From positions 19,034,001-19,098,000 of the forward strand of contig NC_043007.1 of the NCBI RefSeq assembly GCF_006345805.1: a DNA stretch of 64,000 nucleotides, read 5' to 3'. How positions within the stretch are numbered: position 1 is the stretch's first letter; every line of letters starts with the position of its first letter. Origin of the DNA: Octopus sinensis. Taxonomy: Eukaryota. This document shows, piece after piece, positions 39,661-50,848 of this stretch. The translations under genes and the position numbers were made by a program. Under the pieces are notes generated by a model. The model was not told the DNA's origin and made no database searches. It saw only the letters and a program-made list of their open reading frames with translations.

Positions 39661-40455
39661 ACAACGTGTACTGTGCTATCAACAACATCAACAACAGCTA
39701 ATACATACGTAGATATGATTGAAAAATTTACAAATATTAAAATAAAAGTGAAAGTAAAAATAGATGTTTTAAGCTATTTTTTACTTCTGCATAAATTGTT
39801 CTTGTTTATACGTTCGCAAAGTTGTTTGCTTCAACATTATAAGCTTAAGTTTATTCCGCACACACACACACACACATATCTGTGTGCGTGTGTGTGTAGG
39901 TGTGTATATATACATGCTGACATATACATACACTTGCACATAAGTATTATGTATGCTTATATTAGCTGAAAGCCATGAGTGGCGACTGAGGTGCCCTGGT
40001 TCCATCTTTCGAGTTTATCAACCAATGATTGCATTCAGCTAAGGTATATACAGCCATACATACATACACACACACACATACATACATACATGTACGTATA
40101 TATGTATGTGTGTATGTGAGCATGTTTACAAGTGTTTACATATGTTTATCTACTGCATGTGTAGACTTTCATCCTTTCGGGATCGATAAATTAAGTACCA
40201 GTTGCGTACTGGGGTCGATCTAATGGAGTTGCTCCCTCCGCCAAAATTTCGGGCCTTGTGCCTAGAGTAGAAGAGAGTATATACTGCATGTATGTGTGCA
40301 TGTGTGTATATGCGTGTGTGGACGTGCGTGTGTGTGTATGTGTGTCTGTGTGTGTGTGTCTGTACACATTTATTGCACGCTGGTATTGAGTTCTATATTC
40401 CAACTCGTGAGTTTCAGTCTTACGTGTTTTCTGTCTGTGTCTGTCTCTGTCTGTA

Positions 40456-40499
<44 letters not shown>

Positions 40500-40567
40500 A
40501 CTTTCTCGTTCTCCATGGGCACACACACACACACACACACACACACAATATTTAATTTTCTTTTATA

Positions 40568-40735
40568 CGAGAGGGTGTCGAAAAGTTCCTGGCTTTAAGG
40601 GTGTCGTGGAAGGCCTGGTTGGAAGCCCAACCTTCCGAGTTCTTTTACAGGGCTTAGAAAAACTGAAGGACTTCTGCAATAAGTGTGTGAACCTGAGAGG
40701 GGAATACGTTGAATAAAATCATAACTAACTGATCC

Positions 40736-40782
<47 letters not shown>

Positions 40783-41317
40783 ATTTGGCTCAAAAGCAAA
40801 TAGCAAGGCCATGTAGGGGGACATGGAGTTAAGTACAGGGTGGTGTCCATGTAAAGAGTTCAGGCCACTTGAGGTCAAGGGAGGCTTTGAACAAAGCGGT
40901 CGTCGGCATCTTCACCATCTCGTCTGGCAGCTTGTTCTACGGATCCGCAACCCGGACGGAGAAAGCCCCTCTCCTTCGATTGAGATGAAATCGTCGCAGG
41001 TAGAGCTTTTCGGAATGACCCTGCAGCCGACGCTCTGGAGCAGGAGTGAAGAACAGCTCTTTCGAGAGGTTACACTTTCCACTTATGATGTTGTGGGCGA
41101 GAATGAGATCACCACGGCGGCGGCGTTTTTCAAGAGAATAAAGGTCGAGCGTCCTCAGCCTTTCTTCGTAGGACAAATTTTTGAGACCATGAACCATGCG
41201 TGTAGCCAGCTTCTGGACTCTTTCGAGATGCTGTATTTCCTTTCACCTGTATTTTTCACCTGTATTTTTCCTGTATTTCCTTTCACCTAAAGCCAAGAAC
41301 TTCGTAGCACTTCTTCG
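40568..41317 (+). mobile_element. Non-autonomous mariner-like element (TA-flanked) interrupted by a CR1 fragment
   Basis: Left end TA-CGAGAGGGTGTCGAAAAGTTCCTGGCTTTA versus right end (rc) TA-CGAAGAAGTGCTACGAAGTTCTTGGCTTTA; internal GLEKLKDFCNKCVNLRGEYVE* resembles a mariner C-terminus. Confidence 0.7.
40738..41228 (-). mobile_element. CR1-like LINE 3' fragment with (CTAA)n tail
   Basis: LKNLSYEERLRTLDLYSLEKRRRRGDLI..GHSEKL..FSVRVADP; (TTAG)n at 40738-40782. Confidence 0.88.
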
Positions 41318-41394
41318 TACTTATGTCTAATTCCGTGTATCTATGCAAGTGTATTGAAAAGTAGATAGACAAGAAGTGAAGGTACAGTTCTATA

Positions 41395-41725
41395 TTTAAG
41401 AGATGAGGAATTATGTACTTTATTTACATTATTTACATTTGACGGATATTTGTCCTCATCTTGTTTGTTGTTAACACAACATTTCGGCTGATATACCCTC
41501 CAGCCTTCTTCAGGTGTCTTGGGGAAATTTCAAACCTGGGTTCTCATTCTTTAGGAATTTTTCGATCTTCTTCTTCTTTTCTTCTTCTTCTTCTTCTTCT
41601 TCTTCTTCTTCTTCTATTATATTATTCTTATTATTATTATATTATTATTATTATTATATTATTATTATTATTATTATTATTATTATCATTATTATTCAGG
41701 TCACTGCCTGGAATCGAACTCAGAA
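41395..41725 (-). mobile_element. Repeat with B-box remnant, (AAT)n/(AGA)n and a hammerhead-bearing 3' module
   Basis: Minus strand GAGTTCGATTCC (41710-41721), then microsatellites, then a ~170-bp module shared with 63843-63975. Confidence 0.6.
41473..41518 (-). ncRNA. Minimal type I hammerhead ribozyme-like motif (decayed)
   Basis: GACAC CUGAAGA A GGCUG-10nt-CAGCC GAA AUGU U GUGUU; stem I GACAC/GUGUU; extra A after the core; AUGU where palindromic ACGU is expected. Confidence 0.55.
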
Positions 41726-42550
41726 TCTATTATTTTAACTTCATCCCACAGGGGAAGGTGATCTCCATTTTTCCATACATGATCTGCTATACCCAATTTA
41801 TCAATATCTCCTCGTGTCACAGCTTTGCGATGTTCCTCTGCCTTTATTTTGAGGGGGCGGCATGTTTCGCCTTTGTATAACCTACCACCGCTGCATGGGA
41901 TGGAGTATACGCTGTCTTTGGTCATATTCTCTTCTATTGGTGGTTTCACTCGAAGGAGATATTTGCGAGATGTTGTATAACTCTTGAACACTGTCCTCAT
42001 GTTATATGAGGCACATATCTTTTGTATCTTTTCGGAGAAGCCTTCCACATAGGGTAGACAGACTATGGACAGTTTATTGGCTTCACCTTCTCTTTTCTTA
42101 ATAATTTGAGTGGATAGTTTGTTTTTGGGGAAGTTGTTGCTTAATAGATTGTTACTTAGCTTGATCGTTTCTTCGTGGTGGGTATCACGATCGCTACTCA
42201 TATTCTTTGCTCGATCTTTGAGGCACTGAGCAATCCCTCTCTTGACACTGTATGGATGGTGGGAGTTGAAGTTGAGGTATCGTCCAGTGAAGGTCGGCTT
42301 GCGGTATACGGATGTCCTGAATCCATACTTGGTGCGTATTATTAATACGTCCAGGGATGAAGTTAAAATAAGAGATAAAATAATGGAAAATACGAAAACT
42401 AAAAGAAGCAGCACATATGCTAGGACGCAACAACCCCCTAAGCAGACCGAGTGCAGATATGAGTAGCATTTGGGAACCGATATTAAGGAAGGATAGGAAA
42501 ATATTAGATTTATAAGCCCTAAAATTCACTCTATAATTGCCCACGGGCAT
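41725..42550. mobile_element. Penelope-like element fragment (RT C-terminus + GIY-YIG) with 5' inversion
   Basis: Minus 42350-41727: TSVYRKPTFTGRYLNFNSHHP..VYSIPC..YKGET.RPL..EH..GIADHVW..WDEVKII; plus 42354-42515: DEVKI..RKLKEAAHML..LSRP..SIWEPIL. Confidence 0.88.
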
Positions 42551-42552
42551 AT

Positions 42553-42699
42553 GGCAGTAGTAGTAGTAGCAGCAGCAGTAGTTGTAGTCGCAATAGTAGT
42601 AGCAGCAGCAGTTGTAGTAGTAGCAGCAGCAATAGTAGAAGTTGCAGTAGTAGTAGTAGCAGCAGCAGTAGTAGCAGTGGCAGTAGTAGTAGTAGCAGT

Positions 42700-42749
<50 letters not shown>

Positions 42750-42760
42750 TAGTAGTAGTT

Positions 42761-42791
<31 letters not shown>

Positions 42792-42834
42792 TAGTAGTAG
42801 TTGCAGCAGCAGCAGCAGTAGTAGTAGTAGCAGT

Positions 42835-42872
<38 letters not shown>

Positions 42873-42883
42873 TAGTAGTAGTT

Positions 42884-42914
<31 letters not shown>

Positions 42915-42920
42915 CAGCAA

Positions 42921-42963
<43 letters not shown>

Positions 42964-43000
42964 TGCAGGATCAGTAGTAGTAGCCGCAGGAGCAGCAGCT
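42553..43000. repeat. (TAG)n/(CAG)n compound microsatellite
   Basis: Direct reading. Confidence 0.95.
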
Positions 43001-43745
43001 GTATATCGGTGTGCTCATTACTCAGAGTGTGCGCTGCTCAGCGCAGCGCTTGAGTTTGCTCTGCTACTCGAAGCTTTCCCATCCTACACGGCTTCTGTAA
43101 CAGACCCAAGTGTGCCGCCGCCCCGCCCCGCCCCCACACTTCACCCCACCCCTTTGCTACGCTTTTGTACACGAAGGGCTTCCACAACGCTTTCATCTTA
43201 CGGATTCCACTTACAAGATATTGATCGACTAAAAAGTTCGATAAGAAAAACAAAATAGTTGCTCAATGTGCGTGGCTGTGGGATCGAACCAAGAAACCAC
43301 GTCATTGCGATGCAAACTTCTTAACCACACAGCCATACCTGCGACTATTTACACATAATTTACAAGCAAACGTTTTCCTCTTCTTCATCTCGTCCTTCCA
43401 CCACGCCGCACTCTAATTCGCCGGCCTTCTTCATCTTCTCTCTTCTCTTCTTTTTCTCTAATTTGTCATCGAAGCTTCTAGATTTATGATTAGCTGTTTG
43501 TTGTGTCACTGGGAATGTTTTCGTCTTGGCTCTCCATAATGCACAGCAAATGAAGCTGATGCACTTTGATTCGCTTCTCTGCACTCCTGCACGGTCGAAC
43601 GCATTCCGATTTTCACACCCCAACGTGTCGTTACGCGAACACAAAAGAAAAACCGAGAGCGATTTGACCAGGTAAACCTGTTTACTAACAAAGGGAAGCG
43701 GTTGTGAAAGCCAAGAATGAATAATAATAATAATAATAATAATAA

Positions 43746-44130
43746 GATGTGGCTTTTCCCAGCTAAAGAGCGTGGCCAGTTCGAATTCTGTTACAGGTAG
43801 TGTGGCGTATTTTGAAGGGGTTCGTTGTGAGTGTTTATTGAGCGAAAACACCTAAAGCTCCACGAGGCTCCGGCAGGGGATGGTGGTGATCCCTGCTGTA
43901 CTCTTTCACCACAACTTTCTCTCACTCTTACTTCCTGTTTCTGTTGTACCTGTATTTCAAAGGGCCGGCCTTGTCACTCTCTGTGTCACGCTGAATATCC
44001 CCGAGAACTACGTTAAGGGTACACGTGTCTGTGGAGCGCTCAGCCACTTACACGTTAATTTCACGAGCAAGCTGTTCCGTTGATTCGGATCAACCGGAAC
44101 CCTCATCGTCGTAACCGACGAAGTGCTTCC
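43746..44130 (+). mobile_element. Chimeric SINE: family E middle plus family D 3' half
   Basis: AGTTCGAATTC B-box-like; TTGAGCGAAAACACCTAAAGCTCCAC..CACAACTTTCTCTCACTCT shared with 14.3 kb; TGTACCTGTATTTCAAAGGGCC..CGTAACCGACG shared with 52.1 kb. Confidence 0.75.
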
Positions 44131-44559
44131 ATTCCATTCATGTGATGTAGCTTGGTGTGGTGGGGATGAAAGATGATATGACAATGTTCTCAAAAGAATT
44201 CCATCCGTGACTATTCCGTGTATATGTCCTGCTTTAGAGCTATTGAGCAAGATTCGTGGGTTCGTATTCCTGGACCGATTGGTACGTTGTGTTCTTGACC
44301 CCACCAAAAAAACAAAGAAATAAAACAAAAACTTCATTTCCTTTTGCTCCGGTCCACTCAGCAATAAGCGAACTTCAGTAATGTGAAAAGTTAACCGTGT
44401 GACGGACCAGCCACCAGTTCAGTCGTAGGCTGGGACATGTAATCACAGTCACACACACTCCATGCAAACTGTGTTAAGTTCGGGACTGATAAGTTCTTGC
44501 GCCCATGGCAGAACTAACACGGTATTACATACACCCATGAATGTTAAGCATCCAGAATA

Positions 44560-44910
44560 TTCTTTTCTACTCTAGGCCCAAGGCCTGAAATTTCGGGGGC
44601 AGGGGTCCAGTCGATTAGACCAATCTCAGTACGCAACTGGTACTTAATTTATCGACTCCGAAAGGATGAAAAGCAAAGTCGACCTCAGCGGAATTTGATC
44701 TTAAAGCATAAAGACAAATCGAAAAACCTCTAAGCATTTCGTCCGGCGTGTTAACCTTTCTTCCAACTCGCTGCATTGTTTCATTCTTAATAATATTTTC
44801 TACTCTAGGCAAAAGACCCGAAATTTATGGGGAGAGGGCCAGTCGATTAGATCGACCCCAGTTCGCAACTGGTACTTAATTTATCAACCCCGAAAGGGTG
44901 AAAGGTCTTT
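44560..44910 (-). mobile_element. Two tandem SINE family A2 copies
   Basis: Core and tail TTTTCTACTCTAGGC twice. Confidence 0.75.
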
Positions 44911-45135
44911 TCCGTAGGCTTTTCTATCCACGGACAAACCTAATCTGTTTTCCCTTTTTACATTGACATTTCTGTGATAAACGATCCCTATTGATCGGTC
45001 CCACTTTTTTTTTCACGATCCCTTTTGATCAGAATTCGCCCTATCCAGCCTTTTTTCCTTCTTCCCAAATAGAAAAGCTCTTCTTTTGTATTTTGTCCCT
45101 TCTGTGTTCAGCCCTGCGTGGCCAATAAAGAAATA

Positions 45136-45222
<87 letters not shown>

Positions 45223-45277
45223 GTCTGTCTCTCTGTCTGTCTCTCTGTCTCTCTGTCTCTGTCTCTCTGTCTCTCTG

Positions 45278-45358
<81 letters not shown>

Positions 45359-45639
45359 TAATATTGAGGGGTCAGCAAAAGAAATGCATCACCACATACC
45401 GAAGTTCAGAAATTAATTAGTTTTACCCTTAATTGCTATATATGTATATATACACACATACAAGTCAATTTGAAGACTCCACTAGAATGGACAAAAGCGC
45501 TAATATATGATGTATAAAAACATGAAACATGCAAATAAATATCTGTAAAAATATAAAACCATCCGAATTTCTGAGTACCTCATTTCTTCTAATATAAAAT
45601 ACCTGTACATCATCTCCAAATATTCTAATATACACATAC

Positions 45640-46420
45640 ATATATGATAGCCTCTCCCGTCGGTTTCGACATATAAGGCTCCGACAACGTACTCTTGTCA
45701 GTCATAATGCTTATGTTGAATGTGATATTTAAGTCTCACCAACAATTTGCAAGACGTTGCAAGTATGGGGATTACAGGTCAGTGCAGGTGATATATTTGC
45801 AGTCGCTTTGATCCCTTGCCTCACACCCCAAAGCCTGTTAATGCTAGCTGCAACAAAGTTTTTAATACCATTTTGACACAACGATCTCCATTTTGTTCGA
45901 TCTAAGATTGTTCACTCAAAGGTGTTGTGAGCTATCTTCATTTCTAAGAGGTTACTCTTCAGCTTGTCCTTATATCTTGAGCCATGGTCGACCAACATTT
46001 CTGTATCCACTCTCAAGCTGGCTGTACATGAGGTCTTTGGATATTTTTCCATCACTCATTCTGACGACATGACCAGACAAGCGCAATTATGATTGCATAA
46101 GGAAGCTTTCGATTCCACCAATCTTACACTTGCTAAACAGGTCGGCATTAGAAACTTTGTCTTTTAGGTGAATAACCACAGATTGTCCTTAGACAGTCTT
46201 TGTGGAAGATGTATAGTTGATTAATGTGTCAAATATAGGTTATCTACGATTCTGAGCCATACAAGAGAGTAGTAAGAATGGCTGCTTTAAAGACCTGTAC
46301 TGTGGTGTCAAGTTAGAGGCCCCTTTCATCCCATAGGCGATGACAGAGTTTGCCAAATGTGTTGGTTGCCTTTGTAAGACGGTTGACGACTCCATCATCA
46401 AAAGAAGCGCTCAAATTCAT
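45640..46420 (-). mobile_element. RTE (BovB-like) LINE 3' fragment
   Basis: IESFLMQS.LRLSGHVVRMSDGKIPKDLMYSQLESG..GRP; stops present. Confidence 0.75.
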
Positions 46421-46428
46421 TATGTATA

Positions 46429-46460
<32 letters not shown>

Positions 46461-46505
46461 CTATATATATAGACACAGATGAAAACGCCTAGTCCAATGA
46501 ACCGT

Positions 46506-46605
46506 NNNNNNNNNNNNNNNNNNNNNNNNNNNNNNNNNNNNNNNNNNNNNNNNNNNNNNNNNNNNNNNNNNNNNNNNNNNNNNNNNNNNNNNNNNNNNNN
46601 NNNNN
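46506..46605. other. Assembly gap (100 N)
   Basis: Run of N. Confidence 1.
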
Positions 46606-46701
46606 CTTATATATGTATATATGTATGTAGATATGAGTAAGTATATTACGTAAATAGCATATAAACATACATACATTATATATATATATATTTATACATG
46701 C

Positions 46702-46761
<60 letters not shown>

Positions 46762-46945
46762 TTATTGGTAAATGTTTTTGATTTTCACTCTCGATAAATT
46801 TATCCCTTTTTGTGTCCCTAGCACTTGGCATCCTTATTAGGAGCCCTTAATTATATTTCTACATGAATAATATTTTGTCAAATGACTAATTCGTCCTTTG
46901 TGCTGGGCCACTGGTAGTAATCTATATTATTACCCTTTTGATTAT

Positions 46946-47002
<57 letters not shown>

Positions 47003-47884
47003 ATATATATATATATGTATATATATATGTGTGTGTGTGTATGTATGTATGTATGTATGCATATTTACACATACATATTGTTTACGAAACATTTTGATAT
47101 TTTCTTAGCAAGACAATCCAATAACTTGTCCGTTAACCTACATAATTGATAGATAGTTGATAGATACGCAAGAACGTAAGTCGTATAGTCCTTGTTCATC
47201 TAAGTAAGATAGCTTCTCACAGAGAGTGCTCAATCAATCAACAGGTAGTCGGTGTTTTGTCTTTTTTTTTCCCTAGGCAAATTACACATGTTGGAAGATT
47301 GGATCTCAAAAATACCACTTAAATTATATATATATATATATACACATACATACATACATGCATACATATAAAATGTCGTTTAAAGTTTTCCACAGCTGTT
47401 TCGATAACGAAACAGCTGTCGCATATTTTAAAGCCATTTATATTCTCTTTTTATAATTACGCCACACCTGGAACCACCACCCCCGATTCGGATGGACAGT
47501 TTAAGTTGGATTTGGTACTTACATATCTACGGTATTCTAGCAACACTTGGCACCTTCGGTGTTGTTACCTCACCGTAAACTCTATGTTATCGTACCTAAC
47601 CATTTGTGGCATCCTACGTAACGATGTGCCTAGATTCTATTGAATCCTTATAATTAACTCTCACTCTTACTCTCACTCTCTCTCACTCTCCCTCTCTCCC
47701 CCTTCTCTCTCTGTATATATATACCACATAAAGAAATTTCGGTCGATAAATTCCGCGTTCGGTTCTCTGTGTGGTAATATATTCGGGAGTTATATATTAG
47801 CAATGATAGAGAATATGGAGACTTGTTCATCCTCAAAGATTATTTCCTCTTATTTTACAATTTCATCCACCATTTGTGGATACC

Positions 47885-48785
47885 GTAAAGGCTGATAGAA
47901 GATCCGAGCAAGAGGATCCGAACTTTGGAGAAGGAGATGGCCCTAAATGAGGACCCTCACTACTACTCGTTCAAGAAACTTAAGGCACAATTTCTGATAG
48001 CCACATCTGAGGAGAACCACTTGACGAAGACAAGGAAACTCTTGAGCAAGCTGAGGCATTCTATTGAGTGGAGAATGACCTGGTTCTTCTCTGCTGAAAA
48101 GAATTTCTACCAGGACAGGTTGCACAACACCCAGAACAACAGGTGGCTTGACTAAAGTCCATGTGACGCTCCACTTATCATGACAACCCAGTTCCTTGAA
48201 GTGCGGCGGTCTTTGGGCGAGTTTTCAGTGAGTGTGACGTCATGCTCTTTGAATAGGGCCTACGGTTCAATTCAGATGGCTATGTAAAACTTCTGGATAC
48301 CATGGTGAAACCCTGGCCGGAAGGCCACACGTAAAGCTGCAGGATTCGGTTCGTTGCCATGCCTCCAGAACGACTAAGAAATGGTTGTCAGAGAACTTCA
48401 ACGATTTCAACAGATCCAGTTTCTGACCTTCTCGTTCTCCGATTTAATTCCCTGATGTAATCCCGTGGTTTACTATGAATGGGGTGGGGGTACGATTGAG
48501 AAAGGTACCAACCGCTCAGCCGGCAACACCAAGGCCGAGCTGGTGGCTAAGACCAAGAAAATTTTCGAAGACCTTACGAGAAACACAGTGAGGAACGCAT
48601 GCTCCATGTTGCGGAGCTGTTTTGAGGCCGTGCTGGAAGGTGAGATCGGCTCCTTTCAGTAAACGTTTATCACGCAGCTGTAATCTAGCCATCATTTCGT
48701 TTTCTTTTAATAATTTTATTTTTGGGTGGAATAATATTTTCTTATCCTTTTATGCAAACTGTCAAATTCGTTCGCCGAACATCCG
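47885..48785 (+). pseudogene. Tc1/mariner-superfamily transposase remnant (possibly DD37D-like) with right end
   Basis: FFSAEKNF..NTQNNRW, NSDGYVKLL..VKPW, LQDSVRCH..TKKWLSENF, TKAELVAK..NACSMLRSCFEAVLE; ends ...CCG-TA. Confidence 0.7.
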
Positions 48786-48913
48786 TATATATAGATATAT
48801 TCATACACGAGCGCGCGCTTATCCACACACACACATATACACACACACAAACATATACATATACATATATATATATATATATATAATATATATATATATA
48901 ACATATATATATA

Positions 48914-48952
<39 letters not shown>

Positions 48953-49072
48953 TATAGATAGATTCGAATGAATATGGTACTTAATTTAGATGCACCAGAA
49001 TTTTGTATGGTGTTATCCATAAAAATTTGTGAGGTAATTATAATCAAAATAAGCAACAAGAATGACTCCGGT

Positions 49073-49163
49073 AATTTGGTACAATTGTTTCGCACTACAT
49101 CATTTTATTATATCTTGTAAGTATTACAACAGATTTAAGATGCTGAGTGCTCATCAGCCAATT
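49073..49163 (-). ncRNA. Type I hammerhead ribozyme motif, canonical core
   Basis: AAUUGG CUGAUGA GCAC-51nt-GUGC GAAA CAAUUG UA CCAAAUU; all core nucleotides present; GUA cleavage triplet. Confidence 0.82.
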
Positions 49164-49250
49164 ATATATATATATATATGCAAATATGTATAGCAACTCT
49201 ATTATTTCTAAACCTCTCAACGAGAGACATTCGGTAACAGTAGTCTAAAG

Positions 49251-49517
49251 TAAAGATTATTTGCCAACATAATGTGGCAGTCTTAATTAGGACGAATGTT
49301 ACTGCTATTTAGCCCCAGGAAACATCGTCTCCAGCTGTATATGCGACACACTATCTGCATCCTTACGTTTTCTAACAAGGGAGTTTAGGGTTTGGAGTTT
49401 ATCTAAACTGACAGATAGTGTGCCATATAGCCAGCTAGAGACGATTTTTCCTGGGGCTAAATTACAGTAACATTCGTCCCAACCGGGACTGCCACATTAT
49501 GTTGGCAATAACCTTTA
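49251..49517. mobile_element. Fold-back MITE with ~105-bp TIRs
   Basis: TGCCAACATAATGTGGCAGTC..GGACGAATGTTACTG..TTTAGCCCCAGGAAA..ATCGTCTC..CACACTATCTG mirrored on the right; related solo arm at about 18188-18270. Confidence 0.85.
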
Positions 49518-49663
49518 AAAAAATATATATATATTATATTATATATATATATATAGATATATATATATATATTATATATATATATTATATTATATATATA
49601 TATATACTATATATATATAGATATATATATATATATACATATATATAGATACATATATATAGA

Positions 49664-49761
<98 letters not shown>

Positions 49762-49767
49762 ATATAT

Positions 49768-49800
<33 letters not shown>

Positions 49801-50329
49801 GAAATCCTGCAATCTTACCAGTCTCTATCAAAATTTATCTCCTCAGCCTGTCACTCGGTCCATTATTTTATCTGTCTTTCCGCCATCTGGAGTCACTTCA
49901 ACGAGACACTCTTCTTATTTGTGTCTTCTTCGAGGGTAGAATATCGTCGACTCGTTGTGTTGCCACTGGTTCTTGACTCGGACTTCATTTTATCAACGCT
50001 GGAGAGATGAAAAAACAAAGTTGAACTATTTTTTACTATCTTTCTGTGTGTGTGTGTTTGTGGTGTGTGTGTGTGTGTGTTGTGTGTGTGTGTTTGTGTG
50101 TGTGTCTGCTTCTCTTTCTCTCTCTCTCTCTCTCTCTGGCTCTTTCTCTCTCTCTTTCTGTCTTCCTCTATCTATCTATTTCTATCTCTATCTCTTCCTT
50201 CTTTCTCTCCTTCTCTCTGCCATCTCTCCTTCTCTTTCTCTCTCATTTTGTACTTTTTATCACTATCTAACTACCTGTACTGTATGCATTGTGCGCATGT
50301 TTCATTTATGTGCATATGTGTATATGTCC

Positions 50330-50426
50330 GTACGTATGCATGTATGTATGGGTATGTATGTATGTATGTATGTATGCATGTATGTGTGAGTATGTATGTA
50401 TGTATGTCCGTACGTTCGTATTTATG

Positions 50427-50458
<32 letters not shown>

Positions 50459-50815
50459 GGTATGAATGTATGTATGTGTATATGTATATATGTATGCATG
50501 CATGTATGTATGTATGTATGGGTATGAATGTATGTATGTGTATATGTGTGTATGTATGTATGTATGTATGTATGTCCATACGTTCGTATTTATGTATGTA
50601 TGTATGTATGTATGTATGTATGTATGTATGAATATATGTATGTATGTATGTATGGGTATGAATGTATGTATGTGTATATGTGTGTATGTATGTATGTATG
50701 TATGTATGTATTGTATGTATGTATGTATGTATGTGTGTATGTTTGTATGTATGTATGTATGCATGTATGTATGTATGGGTATGAATGTATGTATGTATGT
50801 ATGTATGTAAGTATG

Positions 50816-50848
<33 letters not shown>

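Noticed and set aside
46461-46676. ORF containing X residues
   Set aside because: Artefact of the 100-N gap
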